Source: a virus (taxonomy: Duplodnaviria; Caudoviricetes). From it: a DNA stretch of 64,000 nt. Numbering within the stretch: position 1 is the stretch's first letter; every line of letters begins with the position of its first letter. Under the pieces are notes generated by a model. It searched no databases and had not been told where the DNA came from. It was given only the letters and a program-made list of their open reading frames with translations. Below are positions 40,146 to 48,697 of this stretch, one piece after another. Made by a program: the position numbers and the translations under genes. The stretch spans positions 144,981 through 208,980 of the IMG/VR virus record IMGVR_UViG_3300035208_003026; one strand, written 5' to 3'.

Positions 40146-40342
40146 ATCAAGTTTCAATGTAGTTGTGGTTTTATATGGACGACTACACCTAACAGTATCA
40201 CTAATGGCCATTGGTGTTTGCGTTGTGCACATAAGGTCCCAATTACCATAGATGATATGCAAATACAAAGAAATGGTGTCCAGATTGTGCGTTGAAGAAA
40301 CGAATAAATGGTTTAAAAAAGAGTAGAGCAAAGGTAAAGTAA
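40146..40342 (+). pseudogene. Decayed zinc-ribbon repeat gene fragment
   Basis: No start; IKFQCSCGFIWTTTPNSITNGHWCLRCA...TIDDMQ, then frameshifted KWCPDCALKKR...*. Confidence 0.6.
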
Positions 40343-40345
40343 ACA

Positions 40346-40939
40346 ATGACACTTGATATTGTTCTGTTAAGTCTTTTGTGTTTGGGCCTCTTTGTAAGTG
40401 CCGTTTACGAAGCAATGTCCTGGGCAACCATCTTGATGGTCGTTAGTGGTATTTATTACCATTTCTGGCATCGGAATGTGTTTAAGATGATTGCTGACAA
40501 CTATCAGAATATTATACCAATCGGTATTGGGTATTTGGTAATTGGTATTGTGTGGTCGTTTGCTAAATGGGTTTTGCTTCTGTTAAAGTTCAAAGCTTTC
40601 AGAAACGAGAATTGGGCTGCGTACAACAACGATGCGTTGAGATATAATGGCCCAAGAACGTTTCAAGGAATCCTTATTTCAGATACCCCAAAAGCATCTA
40701 GGTTCAAGCCAGAAATTGTTGGTTGGATGTGTTGGTGGCCGCTTTCCGCGATTGGAACGTTAATCAATGATCCTGTCAGGAAGGCTTTTTATTTCGCGTT
40801 CGATATGCTTGCTGGTTCATATCAGCGAATTGCTGATAAGATTGTTCCAAAGATGGAAGAGTCTGCTGGTAAGCACGTTGATTCCAGATCAGAAACCGTC
40901 GAAGAATTCGCACAACGTATTGAAAGGCAAAGACGTTGA
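40346..40939 (+). CDS. Membrane protein
   Basis: Several hydrophobic segments; GIVWSFAKW, WMCWWP..NDPVR motifs. Confidence 0.75.
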   Translation: MTLDIVLLSLLCLGLFVSAVYEAMSWATILMVVSGIYYHFWHRNVFKMIADNYQNIIPIGIGYLVIGIVWSFAKWVLLLLKFKAFRNENWAAYNNDALRYNGPRTFQGILISDTPKASRFKPEIVGWMCWWPLSAIGTLINDPVRKAFYFAFDMLAGSYQRIADKIVPKMEESAGKHVDSRSETVEEFAQRIERQRR

Positions 40940-41217
40940 TCTTTGGACCTTCACGTTGCTCCGAGATACTGTCAGAAAGGTGTTCGCAATGGAACTCTCA
41001 GAAGAGAAGCAAAGTTGTGAGCACCTTTCAAAAGTATGCGAAGATAACCAGCGCAACACGCGATATCCGTGACTTCGACTCAAGATGTCGTGTCATTGAT
41101 GCGTTGAAACGCGAAGCGAAGCATACGGTGTTCAGTGATTTGGTTCTTGACGAAGACTCCAAACATCGGTTATACTACTGCATTCGATCCGTGATGGAAG
41201 AGTCTTTGAGATACTGA
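40936..41217 (+). CDS. Hypothetical protein
   Basis: Overlaps upstream stop and fills the gap. Confidence 0.45.
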   Translation: MIFGPSRCSEILSERCSQWNSQKRSKVVSTFQKYAKITSATRDIRDFDSRCRVIDALKREAKHTVFSDLVLDEDSKHRLYYCIRSVMEESLRY

Positions 41218-41231
41218 TAAGGAATACGATA

Positions 41232-42350
41232 ATGAGAGATACTCTATTAGAGAACAAAGCTCTGCTCTATGTAGCTACCACTGGGGCAGGTCTTTCATTT
41301 CAGTACAACCTTTGGAAGAAGCCTGGATGCTCGAAGTATCTAGTTGGCTTCTTTACGCCGTATGCAAAAACTGAATTGCAGGAGTTCATTGGATACGAAC
41401 CCGAAGGATCGTTCGTATCCAAAGAAGTTGCATATGACTTGGCAATGGCTTCGTATATTCGAGCTGCTAAGTTCAAAGTTCAGGAAGCTAGTGATGGTGA
41501 GCCTATTGGTATTGGTATTACCGCTGCGGTTGCCACAAATCGAATCCCCCGTGGCGAACAAAGGGCTTTTATTTGTGTTATTACTAAAGACAAAGCCCTT
41601 CTTCATGAAGTAAAATTGGAAAAGACACTAGGCGAAAGTCATCGTGAGGCTCATGATCAAATCATCGCAGCTGAGGCTGAGAATGTCTTGATTTGCGCCA
41701 TTAATTGGATGACTCACCCGTATACCAATTGTACAAATGAAGCATTGGATAGGTTTTACCAATATCCAACATTCCTTGCTAACTCCAGAACGAAAGATTC
41801 TTTCGGAGCGTCTCTGTATCTCCCAGCATCTCTAAATCCAATTCATGATGGTCACAGAGAGCTTGCTCGAACTGCAGAATCTGTTTGTGTTGGCGCTTTA
41901 AGTGATGGTGGCTGTAAGTATCTAATTTCAACAGTGAGCCCTCATAAGGGTGAAATGACTCTGCAGGAAATGTTATTCAAGGCCGGAATGTTGCGAGCCG
42001 AAAAAACGTTCCTGGGTTTTGAATTTACCAAAGATGAACCTTTGTTTTTGGACAAAGCCAGGAAGCGTCCGAATTCCATTTTTATAATTGGTGCAGATAC
42101 AATGGAACGGTTCCTTGATTCGAAATGGGGGCCGAATCCTGAAGAGCTTCTTAAAGAACTAAAAGAACTAAAAACTACTTTCTTGGTAATGGGTCGAGTT
42201 GTTGATGGTGTTTTTAAGACCACCGATGACATTACAGTGCCAAATGGTTACAAAGATCTGTTTGTACCAATGGATGGTAGGGTTGATATTTCATCAACTG
42301 AGATTAGAGAAAAATCAGCTGTAGAAACATTAGAGGTAATTAATGGCTAA
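41232..42350 (+). CDS. CinA/PncC-like domain fused to NadD-like nucleotidyltransferase
   Basis: TGAG..PGCS...PYA...VSKEVA..LA...GIGITA (CinA-like); ASLNPIHDGH (HxGH), IIGADT, ISSTEIR. Confidence 0.8.
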   Translation: MRDTLLENKALLYVATTGAGLSFQYNLWKKPGCSKYLVGFFTPYAKTELQEFIGYEPEGSFVSKEVAYDLAMASYIRAAKFKVQEASDGEPIGIGITAAVATNRIPRGEQRAFICVITKDKALLHEVKLEKTLGESHREAHDQIIAAEAENVLICAINWMTHPYTNCTNEALDRFYQYPTFLANSRTKDSFGASLYLPASLNPIHDGHRELARTAESVCVGALSDGGCKYLISTVSPHKGEMTLQEMLFKAGMLRAEKTFLGFEFTKDEPLFLDKARKRPNSIFIIGADTMERFLDSKWGPNPEELLKELKELKTTFLVMGRVVDGVFKTTDDITVPNGYKDLFVPMDGRVDISSTEIREKSAVETLEVING

Positions 42351-42543
42351 TCCTGAAAAGCTATCCCTATGGGATCGATTATTTAATAGATACAGACGAT
42401 CAATTCATAGTCGAGGCTCTGAGAATTGGAGTATTCATCAGTATGGAGTACATTGTTATAACTATTCAAGAGACTATGTAGAGTATCTTGTAATTGATCG
42501 CTTGACTGGCTCCGAAAGAATTGAGAAGAAGTATCTAAACTAA
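42343..42543 (+). CDS. Hypothetical protein
   Basis: GAGG RBS; 66 aa. Confidence 0.55.
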   Translation: MANPEKLSLWDRLFNRYRRSIHSRGSENWSIHQYGVHCYNYSRDYVEYLVIDRLTGSERIEKKYLN

Positions 42544-42878
42544 TGACACCTCTAATATCTATAGGTTTAGAACCCAATATTGTTGAGGCCATCAAAGCAG
42601 AGGTTGGTCACGTTATGAAGTTAGAACAAAGGGACTCTAGTAGAGATGTTGGTGTTAAGTGGGTCTGGCCAAAAGTAGAAAACTGCTCTTGCCATATTTA
42701 TGCTCCATGTTCTCGTTGTTTTAATAATGTACCAACAGTAGATAAAGCTATCGAAGTCCAAGAACTAGGTCCAGAAGACTCTGGATTTGAAGTCTACGTT
42801 CCATACGAACAGCTTGTTGAGGCTTACGCCGAAATAGATAAACTAGAGAAACAACTGAGTGCTTCATTATTACTCTAA
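42543..42878 (+). CDS. Hypothetical protein with CSCH..PC..C motif
   Basis: Coupled ORF with a putative metal-binding motif. Confidence 0.6.
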   Translation: MTPLISIGLEPNIVEAIKAEVGHVMKLEQRDSSRDVGVKWVWPKVENCSCHIYAPCSRCFNNVPTVDKAIEVQELGPEDSGFEVYVPYEQLVEAYAEIDKLEKQLSASLLL

Positions 42879-42904
42879 TATACTGAAACTATAGTTTTAA
42901 TAGC

Positions 42905-42939
42905 AAGAAAAAGGGCCGTGAATACGGCCCTTTTCTTTT
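42905..42939. terminator. Bidirectional intrinsic terminator
   Basis: AAAAGGGCCGT-GAAT-ACGGCCCTTTT between convergent genes. Confidence 0.9.
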
Positions 42940-42946
42940 GTGTTAT

Positions 42947-43270
42947 TCAGCTGATGGGTGGGACAATTGATAGATGTTGCGTTTTGATAGAAGCAATTAC
43001 ATCTACCATATTACAAATCCAAACAGTATCACCATTCACAGATAGTGGTTCTGCATGAGATGCATCAAAGACAACTTCATCTCCCTTTTCTAGTTCTGGT
43101 TTTGTAAATGTTCCTTGAACTAGTTCACCAGGACCAACCTCTACAATCTTTCCAATCCTAAGATTGCCTGGTCTTGAAGTCTGAGGAAGGAAGATTCCTC
43201 CAGATGTTTGCCCCATTCCACCTTCTTGAACATTAATTGCTACATTTCCATTTCTCATTTTCAGATGCAT
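42947..43270 (-). CDS. groES: GroES-like co-chaperonin
   Basis: TSGGIFLP mobile loop, GKIVEVGPG, KGDEVVF, DVIA. Confidence 0.88.
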   Translation of the reverse strand: MHLKMRNGNVAINVQEGGMGQTSGGIFLPQTSRPGNLRIGKIVEVGPGELVQGTFTKPELEKGDEVVFDASHAEPLSVNGDTVWICNMVDVIASIKTQHLSIVPPIS

Positions 43271-43332
43271 ATTGTCTCCTATTTCCTAATTCGAAGCGTT
43301 TAAGACCAACCAAATGTGTCCTGTTATTGAAC

Positions 43333-43368
43333 GGGTCGAGGGATTCTCTCTCGGCCTTTTTCTGTTTC
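43333..43368 (+). promoter_or_regulatory. Terminator-like hairpin abutting the IMPDH/GMPR start codon
   Basis: GGTCGAGGGA-TTC-TCTCTCGGCC then TTTTTCTGTTTC and ATG. Confidence 0.4.
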
Positions 43369-44403
43369 ATGTTCACCCAGGGTTACACATTCGATGATGT
43401 CCTGCTTATTCCAAAGCACTCAAACATAGAGTCAAGATCTCAGGTTGAGACCTCTGTTGAGTTACCAAGAGGTATTAAGTTAACCATTCCTCTTGTGAGT
43501 GCAAACATGAAAACGGTTACCGGTGTAAAAATGGCAAAAACCATTCGTACACTAGGAGGGCTTGCGATTTTACACAGGTTTGGTGACTACAAAGATTTGT
43601 GTTTGGATTTTCACGAAGCAAATATACCAATAGATCCGGTGGTTTTCCCTGGAGCTGTTGGAATGTCCGTTGGAATCAAACCTAAAGATATTGAATTGGT
43701 TAAAGAGCTGTATGATACCAGATGCCGTATTTTCTGTGTAGATGTAGCTCATGGAGATCATTCGTCAGTTGCTTCATTTGTAAATGAGCTTAGGATAAAG
43801 CATTGTCCTAATGCTTGTATCATTGCTGGTAATGTTGTCACCGAATCTGGAGCTAATCTGCTATGGGAGGCTGGAGCAGATATCATTAAGTGTGGAGTTG
43901 GTTCAGGGAGCACGTGTAGTACAAGAATTGAAACAGGAAATGGATATCCGCAATTATCAGCACTTCAAAATGTAACAAATGGACTTTACCGATCACGAAA
44001 AATTGATGGTAAAGATATGTATCCTATGTTTATTGCTGATGGCGGGATAAAGAGTGCTGGTGATTGTGTAAAGGCATTGTGTTTTGCTGATTTAGTGATG
44101 ATTGGAAACTTATTTGCAGGAACAGATGAAGCTCCTGGAGAAATCATCACAGTAAATGGTCAGAGGTATAAATCATATGCCGGAAGCTCTACTCATAAAC
44201 AAAACCATGTTGAAGGTGTTGTAGCTTTGGTACCTTACAAAGGAAGAGTTAATGATGTTGTTCAGAGATTGGTCGAGGGGATTAAAAGTGGATGCTCGTA
44301 CCAGGGAGTATCCAAAATTCAAGATCTCACAAACAATCCTCAGTTTGTAGTGATTTCAAATGCGGGATTAATTGAATCTCACCCACATAACGTAAAGCTA
44401 TAA
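43369..44403 (+). CDS. IMP dehydrogenase / GMP reductase family protein (no CBS domains)
   Basis: TFDDVLLIP, SANM, VDVAHG, AGNV, GSGSTCSTR, ADGGI, EGV; short flap lacking the RY dyad. Confidence 0.9.
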   Translation: MFTQGYTFDDVLLIPKHSNIESRSQVETSVELPRGIKLTIPLVSANMKTVTGVKMAKTIRTLGGLAILHRFGDYKDLCLDFHEANIPIDPVVFPGAVGMSVGIKPKDIELVKELYDTRCRIFCVDVAHGDHSSVASFVNELRIKHCPNACIIAGNVVTESGANLLWEAGADIIKCGVGSGSTCSTRIETGNGYPQLSALQNVTNGLYRSRKIDGKDMYPMFIADGGIKSAGDCVKALCFADLVMIGNLFAGTDEAPGEIITVNGQRYKSYAGSSTHKQNHVEGVVALVPYKGRVNDVVQRLVEGIKSGCSYQGVSKIQDLTNNPQFVVISNAGLIESHPHNVKL

Positions 44404-44413
44404 GAGAGATATT

Positions 44414-45451
44414 ATGACCGAAGTTCTTTTTACAGAGATTGAGAAGGCCAATTATGAAGCTATTAAAGCTCGCACAAACGAATCCGCTAACAAGTTGTTG
44501 GGATTGTACTTCCCAGTACTTGATCATGGCTTTGTATCGCTTGTTGATTACATGGGGTCAGATGCTGAGGTGGCAAGAGCCGCTCGTTGCAGCTATGGTG
44601 CTGGAACTAGGGCTATTTCCGACGACCGTGCTCTTATCCGGTACTTGGTGCGTCACAAACACACTTCCCCTCTTGAACAAGTAGAGTTCAAGCTTCATTG
44701 TAAAATGCCGATCTTTGTAGCTCGGCAGTGGGTGCGTCATCGTACAGCATCTTTGAATGAGATGTCTGGGCGTTACAGTATCATGCCTCTTCAGTTCTAT
44801 TCTCCAAAGTTTGAAGACTTCAAACTCCAAGCTAAAGACAATAAGCAGGGACGTGATCGTGAAGTGGAACGTAATGTATACATTGAGAATCGTATCAGGT
44901 CGGATACAGCTCGCGCCTTAGTAACGGAAAACTACGAGATTGATCTTGGTAATGATGTAGCGCGTGAATTAGCGCGCATTGATCTTCCGCTTTCAACTTA
45001 CACTGAGTGGTATTGGAAGATGGATCTTAATAACCTCATGCGGTTCATGTATTTGCGTAGTGATTCTCATGCTCAGTTCGAGATTCGTGCATTCTCGGAT
45101 GTTATTGCTGGTATCGTACAAGAGGTCGCTCCAGCTTCTTACGAAGCATGGTTGGACTACATGTTCACTGGTGCAGAGTTCTCTCATCAAGAAATGAAAG
45201 CGCTTCTAGCTCTTGGTAATGAGCTTGGTGGTTGTGGCTCTGATCTAGGAGGTGGTTTTGAGGAGGTTATTCCGCCTGAAGATCAGTGGACCGAATGGGG
45301 AAAGCTCTTCGGGCTCTCCAAGAGAGAAGTTGCTGAATTCTTTGGTAAATTGAAGTTAAAGGAACGTCCAAACTATAAATTGGATTTGAGTAAAGCAAAG
45401 TCTCCAGAATACTACCAAAAAGAAGCTGAGAAGTATGTTCCAAAGATCTGA
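44414..45451 (+). CDS. thyX: Flavin-dependent thymidylate synthase
   Basis: HTSPLEQ, ARQWVRHRTASLNEMSGRY, ARELAR, HAQFEIR. Confidence 0.95.
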   Translation: MTEVLFTEIEKANYEAIKARTNESANKLLGLYFPVLDHGFVSLVDYMGSDAEVARAARCSYGAGTRAISDDRALIRYLVRHKHTSPLEQVEFKLHCKMPIFVARQWVRHRTASLNEMSGRYSIMPLQFYSPKFEDFKLQAKDNKQGRDREVERNVYIENRIRSDTARALVTENYEIDLGNDVARELARIDLPLSTYTEWYWKMDLNNLMRFMYLRSDSHAQFEIRAFSDVIAGIVQEVAPASYEAWLDYMFTGAEFSHQEMKALLALGNELGGCGSDLGGGFEEVIPPEDQWTEWGKLFGLSKREVAEFFGKLKLKERPNYKLDLSKAKSPEYYQKEAEKYVPKI

Positions 45452-45617
45452 AACTCCAACCATAAAAGTTATGGTTGTGTATGAGGAAACATCAAGAGGG
45501 TTAGTTAGAAAAGGTACCGCCTGTTTCTCAACCATTGAAGGAAAACTCAACATACACATGGAGAATGTTTTCCATGAAGATCCGTTTTCTCCAAAACTTG
45601 TATTCAAAGAAGTATAA
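45435..45617 (+). CDS. Hypothetical protein
   Basis: 60 aa ORF ending just before a terminator. Confidence 0.45.
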   Translation: MFQRSETPTIKVMVVYEETSRGLVRKGTACFSTIEGKLNIHMENVFHEDPFSPKLVFKEV

Positions 45618-45619
45618 AG

Positions 45620-45652
45620 AAAAAGCCCCGATTACTCGGGGCTTTCGCTTTT
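45620..45652. terminator. Bidirectional intrinsic terminator
   Basis: AAAGCCCCGA-TTAC-TCGGGGCTTT between convergent genes. Confidence 0.85.
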
Positions 45653-45667
45653 GTGAAGCCAGAACAA

Positions 45668-47161
45668 TTACCGGAATGTTCCAGCGATGTCCATTGCTTG
45701 ATCTCTTGTTAGATCGGGATTGTCCAAAAGAACATCATCGATAGCAGCCAAGATTTGTCCCATAACAGGTCCTGGTTGAAACCCTTCAAGGATAAGATCT
45801 TTACCAGTGATTGGTCTGGGCAGTTTTGTAGGATCTTTTAGAGGCATCAATCCAACAATCCTAGTCCTGAGGTTTTCGTAGAGTTGAACTTCGGCAGCTT
45901 CCTCTTCTGGAGTGAAGTATTTCTTACCAAGGTTATCAGCAATGGCAAGATCGATGCTGAAGTTCCAATCTTTGAAATCTCTTACAAACTTACGGCACGC
46001 TCTTGAAGTCCCTTCGGCCATAAGCTTGTGTGGCCTCAAGTGTCGGTCAATGAGAACACTAACTCTCTCAATGATTTCTTGTGGTGCTTTCAGTCTAGTA
46101 AGAACAACCTCAACCATTTTAGCAGAGACTTCTTCATGTTTCTTGTACGATGTCCGCCCAATGGAATTTGTGCTTTGGATTCCCTTGTATCTCTTCCCAA
46201 TATCATGGAGAAGAGCTGTAAGGTTTAGAATTAGTTCCATCCAAGGATCAATGTCCGACCTAACATAGTTACGACCATTTAGGTGCGTAAAGACCTGTAG
46301 CGTATGATTCCAGATGGTGAATTCATGGTATGCACTGTCTTGATCAGTGTCCCAAGGTACCATTGGTTCGGTGTATCCTAGAGCTTCCATTTCTTCTTGA
46401 GTAGGATCAAAGATGAGTTCCATCAATCCCATTTGCTTCATAAGAGAAACGGCAAGGATTGGGTTTGGTCCATTCAGAAGACCTGGCTTGTATTTATCTC
46501 CATCTTTCTTACCTCCAAGCTCAGCCCAAATACGTTCATGAGAAATCTTCTCACTGAAAGCCTTTTGAACTTCAGGAAGCTTTGCAGCTTGAATAATAGC
46601 AGTATCAACATTAAGATTGAACCTTGCTGCAAACCTAATGCAGCGCAGGATTCGAAGAGGATCATCCATGAATGTTTGAACTGGGTCAAGTGGTGTTCTG
46701 GCAATCTTATTTGTCAGGTCTTCCATCCCACCACAGAAGTCTTCAATCTCATTGGTATTGATATTGAAGAACATAGAGTTGATGGTCAGATCTCTTCTGG
46801 ACGCATCTTCCTCTGGAGTCCCAAACTTCATCTCAGGAATTCTAGAATCAGTGTACGTTTCAGTCCTGAGATTAACAAAGTCGATTGGCAGACCTTCTAG
46901 ACGAACCATGGCAGTAGCCAAATGCTTTGACTGCTCGGGATTCGCTTCGACAACGCTTACATTACCGGAAATAAGTCTAGCAAAATCTTCGCCAGTCATA
47001 TTATCCACAGCAATATCAATGTCGTTGGAATCCAGGCCCAGGAGTTTGTCACGTACAAATCCACCAGCGACCCGAAGGGTTGTATTGGGTGCTTTTTCTT
47101 GGATTATTTTTCGCAGCAAATTGAAAATTAACTGCTCTTTTGTTGTAAATTGAATACTCAT
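45668..47161 (-). CDS. cca: Class II CCA-adding tRNA nucleotidyltransferase with HD domain
   Basis: AGGFVRD, DIDIA, RRDLTINS, DDPLRILR..RFAARF, ERIWAE; HD motifs HT, LLHDIGK, HEEVS; start at MSIQF. Confidence 0.9.
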   Translation of the reverse strand: MSIQFTTKEQLIFNLLRKIIQEKAPNTTLRVAGGFVRDKLLGLDSNDIDIAVDNMTGEDFARLISGNVSVVEANPEQSKHLATAMVRLEGLPIDFVNLRTETYTDSRIPEMKFGTPEEDASRRDLTINSMFFNINTNEIEDFCGGMEDLTNKIARTPLDPVQTFMDDPLRILRCIRFAARFNLNVDTAIIQAAKLPEVQKAFSEKISHERIWAELGGKKDGDKYKPGLLNGPNPILAVSLMKQMGLMELIFDPTQEEMEALGYTEPMVPWDTDQDSAYHEFTIWNHTLQVFTHLNGRNYVRSDIDPWMELILNLTALLHDIGKRYKGIQSTNSIGRTSYKKHEEVSAKMVEVVLTRLKAPQEIIERVSVLIDRHLRPHKLMAEGTSRACRKFVRDFKDWNFSIDLAIADNLGKKYFTPEEEAAEVQLYENLRTRIVGLMPLKDPTKLPRPITGKDLILEGFQPGPVMGQILAAIDDVLLDNPDLTRDQAMDIAGTFR

Positions 47162-47182
47162 CGAATTTCCTAACATATACCT

Positions 47183-47455
47183 ATGGCAAAAAATACTACT
47201 ACAGAAGAGACCAAGAGTCAAGAGAAACCGAAAGTCAAAAGACGTTTCGTTGTCGAAGTGCAGGGAATTGCTCCTGTGGTTCTTCAATTGGAAACTTGGG
47301 CGTATGATGAAGAAGAAGCTCTAAAACAATTAGACAACCCAAGGTTAATGAGTCTTCGAAATAAGCCAGATATTGACCTTTCCAGATTGCGCAGACACAA
47401 AGTTACAATCAAGGATGCATTATCATCTCTAATTAAGATTGTTAAGAGTTTTTAA
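47183..47455 (+). CDS. Hypothetical protein
   Basis: 90 aa, divergent from cca with only 21 bp between start codons. Confidence 0.65.
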   Translation: MAKNTTTEETKSQEKPKVKRRFVVEVQGIAPVVLQLETWAYDEEEALKQLDNPRLMSLRNKPDIDLSRLRRHKVTIKDALSSLIKIVKSF

Positions 47456-47464
47456 TAACTACAA

Positions 47465-47530
47465 ATATGGTCGAGCTAAGCACCGTATAACGGTATCATC
47501 TATAGAAAAGCAAGATATAGCTCACCGAAT
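47465..47530 (+). ncRNA. Candidate structured RNA (Y RNA-like bulged-C helix)
   Basis: GGU(C)GAGCUA 47469-47478 pairs with UAGCUCACC 47518-47526; inner hairpin ACCGU-AUA-ACGGU; 1.7 kb upstream of the Ro60 gene. Confidence 0.3.
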
Positions 47531-47565
47531 AAATCAGCTGGCTTATTGTCTTGGTATGAAAAGAA

Positions 47566-48246
47566 ATGTCAATAGAGTATTATATTCTTGATACGGAAAC
47601 AACGGGGCTCATGACTGACGTTCATGAGATTAACCAAATCTCAATAATGAGAGTTTCAGATGAAGAGCAATTATCACTGCAAATTGCTGTTGCACACCCT
47701 AACATTTATAATCCGCAAGCTCTTGAGGTTCAAGGAATTACACCCAAAGACTTGCGCGAGGGTGTACCTATTTCAGAGGCTGTTGAAGCCATCAACCTTT
47801 TCATGGAAGAAGACGGTAAAACGAAGGCACATCGGTGCATCGTAGCACATAACGCTCCGTTTGACAGGAAATTCGTACACCGTGCGTGGGAAAGGTTGGA
47901 CATTGAGTTCCCAGCTGATTTATGGATGTGTACCCAGTCATTTGGAAAACGATATGTGAAGAAGTTTGGCGGTGACAAAATTGCAAAGGCGCAATCAGAC
48001 GCGGGTATTGATGTCAAGCCAGATAAAGGTGGCAAACTCAAACCTAAGTTTGGATTAAATAACCTTATGATTGGTATTGGATTGGAAGCTAAAGTAGGTG
48101 CTCACTCCGCTGATGTAGATGTGAAGAACACATTAACATTATATAATTGGTTGATGAATTCTAAGACGGAACATATTTCTTTAATTGAACGTATTCCTCA
48201 TCGCGATCCTCCAAAAACCCAAGAATTGGATCTTAATGATTTTTGA
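47566..48246 (+). CDS. DEDDh 3'-5' exonuclease
   Basis: LDTETTG, AHNAPFD, AHSADVD. Confidence 0.9.
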   Translation: MSIEYYILDTETTGLMTDVHEINQISIMRVSDEEQLSLQIAVAHPNIYNPQALEVQGITPKDLREGVPISEAVEAINLFMEEDGKTKAHRCIVAHNAPFDRKFVHRAWERLDIEFPADLWMCTQSFGKRYVKKFGGDKIAKAQSDAGIDVKPDKGGKLKPKFGLNNLMIGIGLEAKVGAHSADVDVKNTLTLYNWLMNSKTEHISLIERIPHRDPPKTQELDLNDF

Positions 48247-48261
48247 TAATGTTAGGTTATT

Positions 48262-48510
48262 ATGAATAAAGTTGATGATATTAATAATCAGATTTCAAAT
48301 CTTTACAAAGAGTTGAAACAAATTCAGAAAGAATGTTCTCATCCTAAATCATGTCTTGAAAAAGAGGCAAAATCAAATTCCGGAAACTATGATCCGAGTG
48401 CTGATCGTTATTGGTATGATTTTCATTGTACTCTGTGTGATAAACGATGGTCCGAAGATCAAGAAGAGTATAATAAAAAAGAACGTATGCGGAGATCTGG
48501 TCTTGAATAA
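48262..48510 (+). CDS. Small zinc-binding phage protein
   Basis: CSH...SGNYDPSADRYW...CTLCDKRW. Confidence 0.7.
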   Translation: MNKVDDINNQISNLYKELKQIQKECSHPKSCLEKEAKSNSGNYDPSADRYWYDFHCTLCDKRWSEDQEEYNKKERMRRSGLE

Positions 48511-48560
48511 AACTCTTGATACTACGCATATCTAGAAATCTAAAGTTAAGGAAAATTCAG

Positions 48561-48695
48561 ATGTCAAATGTTCTGTTGGATAAATTGGTAAGTGAAGCTC
48601 AACGGTCAATTTCTGAAGAAGAAACCATAAAGAGAAAAGAGCGTAATAAGCGAAAGTCCCAGAGACAAGCTTTGCGCGGAAAGAAAAAGAAGTAA
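48561..48695 (+). CDS. Small basic protein (44 aa)
   Basis: AAGGA RBS, manual ORF, K/R-rich C-terminus. Confidence 0.5.
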   Translation: MSNVLLDKLVSEAQRSISEEETIKRKERNKRKSQRQALRGKKKK

Positions 48696-48697
48696 CC

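Noticed and set aside
40137-40146. Stop-codon readthrough extending the PARP into a zinc ribbon
   Set aside because: Two TAA stops and a downstream frameshift; a relic is more parsimonious.
43237-47287. Long N-terminal extensions of IMPDH/GMPR (from 43237) and cca (from 47287)
   Set aside because: They overlap divergent genes; homology begins at 43369 and 47161 respectively.
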